Under the pieces are notes generated by a model that saw nothing but the letters and a program-made list of their open reading frames with translations, made no database searches and had not been told where the DNA came from. From positions 190,519 to 254,518 of the forward strand of contig PDIP01000051.1 in assembly GCA_002811645.1 (NCBI GenBank): DNA of 64,000 bases, in the 5' to 3' direction. Made by a program: the position numbers and the translations under genes. This stretch comes from Corallochytrium limacisporum Hawaii. Its lineage: Eukaryota; Protista; Pluriformea. Of this stretch, positions 34,446 through 44,811 are shown piece by piece (the stretch's first letter is position 1; each line of letters begins with the position of its first letter).

Positions 34446-36509
34446 ATGCCTAAGAACAAATGGGCAAAGGGTGCCAACCATGGCAGCCTGGGTAAGGCAT
34501 TGATCAGACAACACCAGAAGGGTGGAATGGTCATGCGTGACGCGGACGGTTTCGTCCACCATTCAACTGAAATTGAAGACGGAAACTCATGGAATAAGTA
34601 CCGTAGTGTTACAGAACAGAATGATTTGGAGGAGTTCTTTACAGATGCACAACTGGCGGGAAGAGATTTTACGGCAGAACGGCAAAATTTCAGGATTGTT
34701 CGGCCCGAAGAGTCACACACTGCGTTCCGCACACCAGAACAGCGGCAGCGCATGGAGGCCGCCATGGCAGAGCACATTGGTGCTCTGAAGATTCCCCGAC
34801 GGCCACAGTGGGATGAAAGTACCTCTGCTGAACAGTTGCATGAGTGGGAACGGGAAAGCTTCTTGGAATGGCGCCGGGAACTGGCAGAACTGCAGTCAAA
34901 CGAAAATCTGGAGCTCACACCATTTGAGCGCAACATTGAAGTGTGGCGGCAGCTGTGGCGTGTCGTAGAACGTAGTGATGTTGTTATTCAGATTGTAGAT
35001 GCACGCAATCCGTTGCAATTCCGTTGTCGGGATCTGGAATTGTACGTTAAAGAACATGGTGTTGGAGAGAAAGCCAACCTTCTGCTGGTCAATAAGGCAG
35101 ATATGCTGACACCAGAGCAGCGAAAACTGTGGGCTGCGTACTTCCAGAAGAACGCGATTGAATTCGCTTTCTGGAGTGCAGGCCTTGAGGAAGCACGCCA
35201 GGCCGCTGCAAAGCGGGAACAAGCGTTGGAGGTCGAGAGGGCTGTGGAAGAAGAGGAAGACGAGGATGGCCACGATTCTGAAGACGAGGATGAGGAACAG
35301 AAAGCTGTGGGAATAGACGAAGCAGAAGGGACTCCTACGGAAGAAGAGCCTGATAGTCACCTCGATGAACAGGACAAAACGATTGAAGAGCTCATGGCCA
35401 AGGTCAAGTCCCAGACGCTCGCCGACCATCCTGATGTTGCCGATGGTGTTGCAAAGGTCAGCGACGAGGACATTAAGATTCTTAGCCGAAAGGAACTGCT
35501 CGACTTGCTGTGGATGAAGTATGGTAAGACTCACCATGGGGATCTAAACGAGGAAGACGATGACCTCGAATCGACCAAGCCAGAGGGTCCGCGCTTCAAG
35601 GTTGGTCTTGTCGGATATCCAAACGTTGGAAAGAGTTCCACTATCAACGCTCTTGTACAGTACAAGACCGTTGCCGTGTCTTCGACTCCTGGAAAGACCA
35701 AACACTTCCAGACCATCGCTCTGAAAGAAGAGGACATTTTGCTCATCGATTGCCCGGGTCTAGTTTTCCCTAGCTTTAGCTCCACCAAGGCTGACATGGT
35801 GGTTGACGGTATCCTGCCTATTGACCAGCTGCGGGATTCTGTGGGTCCTATCGCTTTGATCTGTGAGCGAATTCCAAAGCATGTGCTGGAGTACAAGTAC
35901 GGTATTGTGTTGAAGGGCACCACAGATGGTGGTGAGGCTGCCACAACGGATGCAGGCATTCAAGCCAAAGAGGACCGTCCGGGACCGCACGATCTTCTAC
36001 AGAGCTATGCACGCATGCGTGGCTATATGAGCTCTCATGGCATGCCGGACGAGAGCCGCGGTGCCCGTTACATCCTTAAGGACTACGTGAATGCCCGGCT
36101 ACTGTTTTGTCATCCGCCTCCAGGTGTCGACGCCCACAAGTTTAATGAAACAAATGCGGACATCCTGCACGACTTCGGGCCCGCCGCAGGAAAGAAGGAG
36201 ATCCACACTCCAGACATGGAGAAGGGATACCACCGGGGACCCCAGAATCGCGCTACACTATTCACTGGTGACCGCGCAGGCCACAAACCACAGTTCCTGA
36301 GCAAAGTTGACCGTGATTTCATGCGCCAAATGTTTGTACAGGCCAAGGGTAAGGCACCGACAACTGCCAAATCGAGCCAGGCACTCCTAGATGATGCCCG
36401 TCGCCAGGCCGCCGAAGGATTGCAGTCTAAGAAGCATCACAAGAAGAATAAGCGCGGCGAACGCAAACTACGGCGCAAGATGAATGGATCCAACCCCTAC
36501 GAGTCCTAA
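34446..36509 (+). CDS. LSG1: Large subunit GTPase 1 (60S maturation)
   Basis: IPRRPQW, TPFERNIEVWRQLWRVVERSD, NKAD, GYPNVGKSS, DCPGLVFP. Confidence 0.97.
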   Translation: MPKNKWAKGANHGSLGKALIRQHQKGGMVMRDADGFVHHSTEIEDGNSWNKYRSVTEQNDLEEFFTDAQLAGRDFTAERQNFRIVRPEESHTAFRTPEQRQRMEAAMAEHIGALKIPRRPQWDESTSAEQLHEWERESFLEWRRELAELQSNENLELTPFERNIEVWRQLWRVVERSDVVIQIVDARNPLQFRCRDLELYVKEHGVGEKANLLLVNKADMLTPEQRKLWAAYFQKNAIEFAFWSAGLEEARQAAAKREQALEVERAVEEEEDEDGHDSEDEDEEQKAVGIDEAEGTPTEEEPDSHLDEQDKTIEELMAKVKSQTLADHPDVADGVAKVSDEDIKILSRKELLDLLWMKYGKTHHGDLNEEDDDLESTKPEGPRFKVGLVGYPNVGKSSTINALVQYKTVAVSSTPGKTKHFQTIALKEEDILLIDCPGLVFPSFSSTKADMVVDGILPIDQLRDSVGPIALICERIPKHVLEYKYGIVLKGTTDGGEAATTDAGIQAKEDRPGPHDLLQSYARMRGYMSSHGMPDESRGARYILKDYVNARLLFCHPPPGVDAHKFNETNADILHDFGPAAGKKEIHTPDMEKGYHRGPQNRATLFTGDRAGHKPQFLSKVDRDFMRQMFVQAKGKAPTTAKSSQALLDDARRQAAEGLQSKKHHKKNKRGERKLRRKMNGSNPYES

Positions 36510-36612
36510 GAGTAGTGTCTTGTCTTGCTCTCGATTATCGCCTTTGAATACATAGATAAAATTATAGTACTAATTTTGCAAACTGGAAGACTAATGAGTA
36601 GTCAGAGCGTCA

Positions 36613-37758
36613 TTACTGGCCCGTGTCCACAAAACGCCGGCTCTCGGGCGAGTACCATTGTCGCAGAAGCGGCGCTTCGAGGAGAACCACTGCCAACAGT
36701 CCGCCCAGACCACTACCTAGCACGCAGCCCACGGAATTGGTGATGGGCCATGCTTGCCATGGCCGATCCCAGTCTAGGGGAATTGGTACAGCACCGAGCC
36801 ATGCGCCGGCTGCAGCGCCCAGGATTAGGCCTTGGCTCCAGACGAGGAGCATTACCCCATCATCGATGGTAAATGCTGGCGGCATCTCGCGGTCCAAATT
36901 TTCAAAGGCGGAAGCCGGTTCCTTGCCCTTGCGCATTTTCAGGTCCTGCTGCATTGCAAAGCGGCGCCCGCTGAGCATGACCAGCACACCTTGGTAAGTC
37001 AGCGGCCCACTGATGAACCAAACTGGCCAAGAGCATGCTGCCAATAGAAGTGCCATGCTGGCGGTACGGTCAATCTTTTCTGTGAAGGGCGCACCCATGA
37101 GTACAAGAGTGGCATGACCTCCTGCCGTGGCCACCAACAGGCCGGGTAAGCCGTACCGAAATATGTGCGAAAGCATGCTCATGCGCTGGTCCGCCGCTTG
37201 GTGAGGTGATGACGATGATACAGGCGACTTGCTGCGGGCTGTGTTCCCGTTCTTACTCATCTTTGTCATTGAATTGGCCGGTTCGAGGTATAGCACCGCT
37301 AGTATAGCATGGCACGCAGCAACGATGAACGCCAGAATAACTAGGGATACAACCGTCTGGTCCACGATGGTGCGAGTAAACCCAACTGTAGCTACAAAGC
37401 AGCCCAGTGCCATGGGCGCAATGCTCGACGCAAACAAGAGATATCGTCTCCTGGACGAATGCCGCTTGACCAGGGCATTGTTTGGGGCGGATGCTGAATA
37501 GTATGCTGCAGGGTTGGGGCCCCCTCGATTCATCATCATACCCATGCGCTGAAACCGGACAGAACTTGCCATGTCCTCTAGCAAATAGTCGGGCTCCCAC
37601 TGTGCCTGTTCGGCGGGGTCGTCCATAAAGTATCCGTGCCCCGATCCGCGTCCGAACGCTAATTTTTTGTCATCGTCGTCCAGATAGACACCGGCATTGT
37701 ATAGATCGCCGGAAACTGTTCCTCCAGGCCCGCGACGACGCAGGCTGTGATCTGTCAT
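36613..37758 (-). CDS. PIGF: GPI ethanolamine-phosphate transferase accessory subunit PIG-F/Gpi11, with long N-terminal extension
   Basis: LVLMGAP and GAWLGAVPIPLDWDRPWQAWPI signature; multiple TM segments; start could be a later Met. Confidence 0.9.
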   Translation of the reverse strand: MTDHSLRRRGPGGTVSGDLYNAGVYLDDDDKKLAFGRGSGHGYFMDDPAEQAQWEPDYLLEDMASSVRFQRMGMMMNRGGPNPAAYYSASAPNNALVKRHSSRRRYLLFASSIAPMALGCFVATVGFTRTIVDQTVVSLVILAFIVAACHAILAVLYLEPANSMTKMSKNGNTARSKSPVSSSSPHQAADQRMSMLSHIFRYGLPGLLVATAGGHATLVLMGAPFTEKIDRTASMALLLAACSWPVWFISGPLTYQGVLVMLSGRRFAMQQDLKMRKGKEPASAFENLDREMPPAFTIDDGVMLLVWSQGLILGAAAGAWLGAVPIPLDWDRPWQAWPITNSVGCVLGSGLGGLLAVVLLEAPLLRQWYSPESRRFVDTGQ

Positions 37759-37765
37759 TTGAATT

Positions 37766-38659
37766 TCACTTCGGCTTTCCTTGAACTTCGTAAAACAGGG
37801 GGGAAGCGGTCAGTAGGTTCAAGGAATACTCAACTAGCACCTTCACCTCTGCGCTTAGTTTCTCGTTCTCGTCACTGAGCTGTCCGAGCTGCGTAGACTT
37901 CTCAAAGATCTGATCCTGAAGTTTCAGGACTTTGGCAATGAGTTTGGCCTTGTCTTGTCCTTCGTCCAGTTCTGCAGGAGACACGTCACCCGATCTGATC
38001 TGACGCAGTTGCTTAATACGTTCGTGGGCTTTGTTCCGGGCGGCGAGGCTGCGGTGCGGCGAACTAGGTTCACTGCCAGTGCTGTGCACTGAATGAGAAG
38101 AATGTTCTAGTGCTCCTAGATCGATAGGTGCAACCGATCCTGGGACACCGACTTGCGAATCGTCGACTAAGCCCAGTGCTCGTTCCGCAATAAATCGCAG
38201 CGGACTAAATTCACCGTCTGCGTTAGTGTTTACGTCCCAGTCTCCCTCTGAGCTTACCCTTGGTCGGCCCCTCACAGAGGTGTCGTTGACAGCGACCTGT
38301 GGCTTAGTGCTTTGCCTTGGCGAGGTGTAGGTCGATCCCGGGGCACTACGCACGCCCGGTTGGACCTGTAGTTGTGTAACTCGTCGCGGGGACTCCGAAT
38401 ACAGCCGTTGATCCTTTTGCAGACGTCCAAGGTCAGTCGAGTCCCTGGGTTTGCTACGAGGGCTTGCTTCGTCGTCGTCGCTTTGTGATCCGTCTACTTC
38501 GTCGTCACGCAGCTCAAGGTCCTGGACTAAACCTCCAACGTCGACTTCCTGGTCTACGGACAGTTGTTGTTTCCTCCGGAGATCCTCCTGCTGCTTAGGA
38601 ATGGTTATTGCGGCGGAAGCACCCACCGTGTTCGACTTATCGTTCTCATCGATTCCCAT
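37766..38659 (-). CDS. SCOC: Short coiled-coil protein SCOC/UNC-69/Slo1-like (C-terminal domain) with long disordered N-terminus
   Basis: C-terminal KAKLIAKVLKLQ..ENEKLSAEVKVLVEYSLNLLTASPLF matches the SCOC coiled-coil pattern as recalled. Confidence 0.78.
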   Translation of the reverse strand: MGIDENDKSNTVGASAAITIPKQQEDLRRKQQLSVDQEVDVGGLVQDLELRDDEVDGSQSDDDEASPRSKPRDSTDLGRLQKDQRLYSESPRRVTQLQVQPGVRSAPGSTYTSPRQSTKPQVAVNDTSVRGRPRVSSEGDWDVNTNADGEFSPLRFIAERALGLVDDSQVGVPGSVAPIDLGALEHSSHSVHSTGSEPSSPHRSLAARNKAHERIKQLRQIRSGDVSPAELDEGQDKAKLIAKVLKLQDQIFEKSTQLGQLSDENEKLSAEVKVLVEYSLNLLTASPLFYEVQGKPK

Positions 38660-39400
38660 ATCACTTACGAAAGTTTTGTTTTATGTCATTGCGTGTTTCC
38701 TACTAGAAAGATTCCATTGATCACTTGAGTTATTCTTGTTTAGATAATCCATTTCTATCGCTAGCATGCTGTTGAGTTTCGGGTTGATCACTGTTATACC
38801 AGATTAGGGTCAACATCCAAGAAGGAGACAGACAAGAAGTGGAAGAATGCACTCAAAAACGTCACTCAAAAGCTTAAGAACAAGACCCGTCAACGTTGTG
38901 ACCAACAGGCTCGACCTTCAACCGACCGTTATCGATCCGGCTACTTTGGCTCGGGAATTCCTCTTTTTTGTTTGCTGCCGTCTGCGCCCCGTGGATCCTC
39001 TACCGTACCGGGGAACCGGCCCGGGGCCCCCCCGGGGGGGGGGGGAGCGGGGAAGGGCAGGGTCCGGGGAACTGGGAGAAAGCGGGGAACCGTAGGGACG
39101 GCGGCGCCTGTGTCAGTGGACGCGGAGTCTCACTGCGCGTTTGGAGTCCCGCTTGGCTTCCTGTTAAATGGTACATGTGATTTACATGGTTGGAATGCAT
39201 GAATTCCTGGTCCGAAGTTAAGCGGAAAAAGTGCTCTGGTACGTGAACAAAGCATTTTGGAGAGGCTGTAGGCTGAGTCAGTGGTTGTCAGGGAACTCAA
39301 AGGCAGAGGAAAAGCCACGGTTCGCATTGCCAAAAGTTACATTTCAGGATGCGTTTGGAATAGATGAGACTGTAAAGGGAAAATCAAAACACTTTTAAAA

Positions 39401-41119
39401 ATGACTGAGGCGGCGTCGGCCCCTGTCCCAACTGATTCTGATCTGGGACAGCGTCACAGCAGTGATGGGATGCTTTCGGTTGCAGCAGAAGTAAAGGAAT
39501 TGGAGGCATCAGAAGAGCAACACCCACACGCCGACTTCAGACGTCGGCGCATAGAAGACATATCTGGAACGCTGCAGAGGGCCATTGATGCTGATCTATG
39601 GGGCCAGTTTCTCGAAGCCGAATTCGAGTACGACAAAGTCATGGGGCTTCTGAAACGAGAGATTGACACAGGTAAGCATTGGCAGAAGAACGACACCAAG
39701 GTAACGGCACGGCAGAAAACTGAGTCAGCTTGCCAATGGGACGTTCAGGAAGTGGGCTTTCTGGAGCGGTGCCTACGCTATATTGAGGCGCGCCAGGTCA
39801 CAATCATTGCAATCGAGGAACGCTGCAGCTCGGGATCAGAACTCGACTCTGGCTTCATCGACCTCGAAGACGAGGAGGACGAGGACGAGGACACAAACGC
39901 TGGAGGAAGGCCATCGAAGGATAGTGTTGGATCGTCACAGGATCGAGAGAAGCCATGCCGAACATACACGGATCAGGCACTGCAATTCACTGCAGCGGAC
40001 GCAATGAAGGTCAAGCGGTCATTGATTGAACTCGGAAATCGACCGATTAGTTGGCCCATACCACCGCTCAAGCTCTCCAGTAGGTCCCTGGCAGCAGTAA
40101 GTTCTGTTGCGAAACTCGGAGGATACCACGCTGTGGTTTTGCAGAGCGGAAGTGGCGGCCTGAAGGGTAGCAAGGATAGTCTTCTCAACAATTCGCTGTC
40201 AAGCCTGGACATGGTCAAGGACGGCCCAACCGTCCAGTTGCTTGACAGTTCCGCTCTGACGCCTTTTGAGAACATGCTACTAAGTCACAGCCAGAGCCAT
40301 GGCACTGATTCAAACGTCGGTTTCCGCTCTGAGAGCTGGCGCAGCCGCGGAGTTGGTACTTGTGATGTGGAAAGTGTCAGCATTGTCCCACGCAAGCACA
40401 GTGTTCTTAATCTGGAGCAACTGCAGGCAGCACAGAGGGGTGTGACGCAGCGGAAAGCGTCCGTCCTCAGTACATCGCCAATGCGCAGACGCTCCAGCCA
40501 GCTAAGCGCGCTCGGAGTTGGGCTGAGACCGTCGAATGTTTCAGCTACAGGTCCGGACGCCATGGGCATTCTCGGTGAGGAATATTGCAATGATTCCAGC
40601 GGCGACGAAGCCGCCGAAATGTACGCTCGGAGCATCCGTGGTGCGGGACAGGCCGTCATTGGTAACCTCATGCCACGTCTGGTGGGACAGCAGGCCGGCG
40701 ATACGTTGATCACAGTCCATGTCGAGAAGCTCATTCTACCGGACATTGACAAATACCTAGACCCGTTCATCACTGTCTCGGTTAAGGACAGCGACGGCTT
40801 TGATGTGACAAAGCTCCAGGACACACCAGTCAGCAACCGGCGCGAGAAGGGCACGCTATGGTACCGAAACGACGTTGAAATACAGAAGACGCTTCGGCAG
40901 CTAAAGCCTGGCATGGCGCTCTTCTTCGAATTCAAGCACTTCAAACTCAAAAAGGACCGCAATTCGACCTATTGCTTTACTTGCATTCCATTTGAGCAGT
41001 TCAACCCAGGCGTGGTGCAGCTGACACTGTACCGCAAACCTGTCGACTATCGGCGCAAGAAACTGAAAGCTTTAGACAGAGGAAGTTTATGTGTACAGAT
41101 GATCATGCATGACACGTAA
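39401..41119 (+). CDS. AIDA: AIDA (axin interactor, dorsalization-associated)-like protein: Aida_N + AIDA-type C2 domain
   Basis: ADLWGQFLEAEFEY near the N-terminus; YLDPFITVSVKD..QDTP..EIQK..ALFFEFKHFKLKK..STYCF..LYRKPVDYRRKKL. Confidence 0.88.
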   Translation: MTEAASAPVPTDSDLGQRHSSDGMLSVAAEVKELEASEEQHPHADFRRRRIEDISGTLQRAIDADLWGQFLEAEFEYDKVMGLLKREIDTGKHWQKNDTKVTARQKTESACQWDVQEVGFLERCLRYIEARQVTIIAIEERCSSGSELDSGFIDLEDEEDEDEDTNAGGRPSKDSVGSSQDREKPCRTYTDQALQFTAADAMKVKRSLIELGNRPISWPIPPLKLSSRSLAAVSSVAKLGGYHAVVLQSGSGGLKGSKDSLLNNSLSSLDMVKDGPTVQLLDSSALTPFENMLLSHSQSHGTDSNVGFRSESWRSRGVGTCDVESVSIVPRKHSVLNLEQLQAAQRGVTQRKASVLSTSPMRRRSSQLSALGVGLRPSNVSATGPDAMGILGEEYCNDSSGDEAAEMYARSIRGAGQAVIGNLMPRLVGQQAGDTLITVHVEKLILPDIDKYLDPFITVSVKDSDGFDVTKLQDTPVSNRREKGTLWYRNDVEIQKTLRQLKPGMALFFEFKHFKLKKDRNSTYCFTCIPFEQFNPGVVQLTLYRKPVDYRRKKLKALDRGSLCVQMIMHDT

Positions 41120-41247
41120 CTGACGGTGTAGTAAGGAAAATGTAAGTAAATGGTTCTATAATATGTACATCACATTATCAGCTTATGTGCTCTGCGAATT
41201 ACCAGTTTGTGTCTATGAGATCCTTTCAATAGTTGACGCTCCGTAGC

Positions 41248-42333
41248 TTAACCGTTCTCGTCGTCCTTGCGCCGCTGGTCCCAAATCTTCGCCATGGCGT
41301 AGAAGACACCAGACACAAGGCCGAAAGCGATTGAGATGCCGGAACTGAAGTTGATAGGGTCTCCGAAGACTATGATGCCCACGAGGCTTAATGGAATCTT
41401 ATTGAGGGAACCAATGATGGAGAATGTAGTCGGACTGGTGGCTCCGACCAACCAGAAAACGCTGAAACTTAGTCCTGTTCCCACCACCCCAGTGAAGATC
41501 AGCGGAACCAAGAATCCGTAATCAAAGAGATAGTCCAGCTCCAAAACATCGTTGATTTCCCCGCTCAACACAACCCAGACCCCTAGAAAGACAGAGGTCA
41601 GAACATTGTTGTAATAGGCCATACTCCACTCTTCAAGGTGCGTCGTCCTTTTGGCCGTCTTCAGATAGAGCGAGTACGCTGCCGTTGCAAAACAATTCGC
41701 AGTCATCCAGAAGTATCCCATGAAGCTGAACTGCAGATCTGTGTAGCCTGCCAGGATGGATCCCATTACCATTGTGCAGATCGAGGCCAAGACCAGGCTG
41801 CTCATTTCCTGCCCGTAGAAGTGGCGATCTCCGAAGGCCACCAGAAAGTTTGTAGAATTCTTGAACACTGTCACCACCGCAATCGACACATAGCCAAGAC
41901 TGAGTGATCCGGTTACCAACATGGCACAGAATAGCACAGTGACTCTGGACCACTTAATCATCTTTTCTATTTTCAACCCTTCTACCTTGATCGTGCCTGA
42001 ATATCCCAAGTACCACAACATGACCGACGCAATTAGCGCCTGAACCAAAATGAACGATGACGCGGGAAATTGGAATGAGCTAAGAACGTACTTGTTACTG
42101 TAGATCATTGACATACTGAACCCACAGTAGCTCAGCACCGCTCCGATTCGGTTGGCGCTGATCTCGGCGGCCATGATCTGCATGGACTTTTCCTTTTTGA
42201 CTATATGATCGAGTCCTGGTAAGGAGCCGCGACTACTGTTCGCGGACCTGCTGGGTATTGTTTTTGAGGGCCGTGATATTCCCGGATCTTCCACCGGTAT
42301 CTGTGTGTACCGGGGCGCATTCGGCTGTGACAT
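41248..42333 (-). CDS. VRG4: Golgi GDP-mannose transporter (VRG4/GONST, SLC35D-like)
   Basis: YC..SMSMIYSNKYVLS, VFKNSTN, YYNNVL, TSPTTFSIIGSLNKIP (GALNK-type motif), ~10 TM segments. Confidence 0.88.
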   Translation of the reverse strand: MSQPNAPRYTQIPVEDPGISRPSKTIPSRSANSSRGSLPGLDHIVKKEKSMQIMAAEISANRIGAVLSYCGFSMSMIYSNKYVLSSFQFPASSFILVQALIASVMLWYLGYSGTIKVEGLKIEKMIKWSRVTVLFCAMLVTGSLSLGYVSIAVVTVFKNSTNFLVAFGDRHFYGQEMSSLVLASICTMVMGSILAGYTDLQFSFMGYFWMTANCFATAAYSLYLKTAKRTTHLEEWSMAYYNNVLTSVFLGVWVVLSGEINDVLELDYLFDYGFLVPLIFTGVVGTGLSFSVFWLVGATSPTTFSIIGSLNKIPLSLVGIIVFGDPINFSSGISIAFGLVSGVFYAMAKIWDQRRKDDENG

Positions 42334-42757
42334 TATGTATAGTGAATGTATTTCTGCGTATCCGTACTGTACATAGATGCTACTTGTTCACCCTGTGCCA
42401 TTCTGAGATCTTGTTGACTGTTGGACTATTTCGGATCGATAAATCCTATGCCATTCGTTTGGATACCATCCATACGCATTTATGTAGCCTCCTCCGTCGA
42501 AGTTGTTAACGCCATCCACTTATGACTCAACAGTGGCTCCAGCAACCCGCCTGCCTTGCCATGCTAATATCCCGACCGGTCAGGGAGTTCTCAAGAACAA
42601 GGGCATAATGCCCCCCCCCCCCCCACCAGTCCATACCCCCAACCTGGCCACCACCCTACCGCAGAGTTTTCTCATTGTACATCTCATACGGCAGAGATCT
42701 TTCTGTAACCTTTTGGTAGGGCATTAATGTCACTTCCCCTTCCCCCCACCCCCTCCC

Positions 42758-42951
42758 NNNNNNNNNNNNNNNNNNNNNNNNNNNNNNNNNNNNNNNNNNN
42801 NNNNNNNNNNNNNNNNNNNNNNNNNNNNNNNNNNNNNNNNNNNNNNNNNNNNNNNNNNNNNNNNNNNNNNNNNNNNNNNNNNNNNNNNNNNNNNNNNNNN
42901 NNNNNNNNNNNNNNNNNNNNNNNNNNNNNNNNNNNNNNNNNNNNNNNNNNN
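42758..42951. other. Assembly gap flanked by C-rich tracts
   Basis: N run. Confidence 0.99.
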
Positions 42952-43654
42952 TCCCCCCACCCCCCCCCCCCCCCAAACCTGGCATTTTGCGGCCGTGCCA
43001 AAGGCGCTCCCTTGCCCCTCACAGGCAGCACTCTGCCCCTTCTCACACTAGGGGTCGGAGCGGGAAGAGAAAAACACACACATCTGCCCTCTGACCCCTC
43101 GAGGAGGTCAGAAAACACACACATATTTTTTCCTTAAAGGTGGAGGTGCTTGGGCAAATATTTTTATTTTGGGGGAAGGGATATCGCGACATTTGAATAT
43201 ATTTAGTATGGACTATGTATCTGTAGGAAACTAATACTTAAAGTGTTGAAGGGCACGACGGCAATAGTTTCAGTACCAAGGCCATGCGCCGCAGAGCGGA
43301 GCTCTCTTGGTCTACACTTCTCCATGGGGCATTTTGCGTGGGCCACGGACTACTGGAGCCTACGCGGAAGGTTGTGTCTTCGTATACCATACTATGGGGC
43401 CTGCTCTTTGCGGCACCTCTCTGCAACGGTAACAGTGTACATGAGTTGTAAATGTCATGCAAATGTACCGAAAACACGGCAGGGCAATGCCATATTCAAG
43501 AGAACCAAAGACCACTGTGTTATTGGTGACAATATCTTGATTATAGTTTATGGAAGTGGTATAAGAGAGCCAAAACCTATTTTGTTACTTACAGTGTGTG
43601 ACAACTTTAAGGATTAAACGGTTAATCTTTCGGGTTATTTTTTGATAAATCAAG

Positions 43655-44233
43655 ATGGTTCAACCCAACACCTCAAAGACTGCGACTACTCCGCGTCGTC
43701 CTTTCGAAAAGGAGCGCCTGGATTATGAATTGAAGATTGTCGGTGAATACGGTCTCCGCAACAAGCGTGAGCTGTGGCGCGTTCAGTTCGCTCTGGCCAA
43801 GATCCGCAAGGCCGCTCGTGATCTGCTCACTCTGGAGGAGAAGGATCCCAAGCGTCTGTTCGAGGGTAATGCTCTGCTCCGTCGTCTGGTCCGCATCGGT
43901 GTACTGGAAGAGGATAAGATGAAGCTGGATTACGTCCTGGGATTGAAGGTCGAGGATTTCTTGGAACGCCGTCTGCAGACTCAGGTGTTCAAGCTGGGTC
44001 TTGCTCGCAGCATGCACCACAGCCGTGTGCTGATCAAGCAGCGTCACATCCGTGTAGGCAAGCAGCTTGTCAACGTGCCCTCCTTTATGGTCCGTTTGGA
44101 CTCTCAGAAGCACATTGACTTCGGTCTGAACTCTCCCCTTGGTGGTGGTCGCCCAGGCCGCGTTAAGCGCCGCAACATGGCCCGCGCTGCTGCTAAGGAG
44201 GGTGGTGCTGATGATGGTGAGGATGAGGACTAA
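43655..44233 (+). CDS. RPS9: 40S ribosomal protein S9 (uS4)
   Basis: [46 protein letters not shown]. Confidence 0.99.
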   Translation: MVQPNTSKTATTPRRPFEKERLDYELKIVGEYGLRNKRELWRVQFALAKIRKAARDLLTLEEKDPKRLFEGNALLRRLVRIGVLEEDKMKLDYVLGLKVEDFLERRLQTQVFKLGLARSMHHSRVLIKQRHIRVGKQLVNVPSFMVRLDSQKHIDFGLNSPLGGGRPGRVKRRNMARAAAKEGGADDGEDED

Positions 44234-44811
44234 AATTTTAGGTTCGGTCTCCACTTATCATGTTTCAAAAAGCATATCTTCAAACTACTTGTAGACATAC
44301 TCATCACATCCATCACAGGGTTGACAGAGACAGTGATGGTCCACTAATGGGGAAGGAATGAACAAGATTCTGTGAAGATTGGTTTGAATGCACCACAATT
44401 CAGAAGCCCGTGTAATCTAGCCACATGGGCCTTTGGAATCATGGTCTTACCTCCTTCTGCATGCCATCGTTTCTGAACTATCATCCTGTTAACATCCCAA
44501 CACACATACCCTTAACAAGGACGGCAACATGTCGAAGCCGTGTTGTCTCTCCTCGTCTTCCACATCTTTTCTTTTTAAAATTTCAACATAGCTTCTGCCA
44601 TGATCATTAACGGTGATGATGGTCAGAACAACAAACTTCACAAGCAAAAGCATAGCATGTTTGACATAGGAAATACACCTTCTATCAAAAGTACTCGTAA
44701 GACTCAGCGACTTTGCCCCGGATTATAATGTGCATGCTCAGACGACTGTAAACATAGTACCTGACAATGAACATGGCCCACAGACATGTGAAATGGGAAA
44801 ATGTAAATGTG

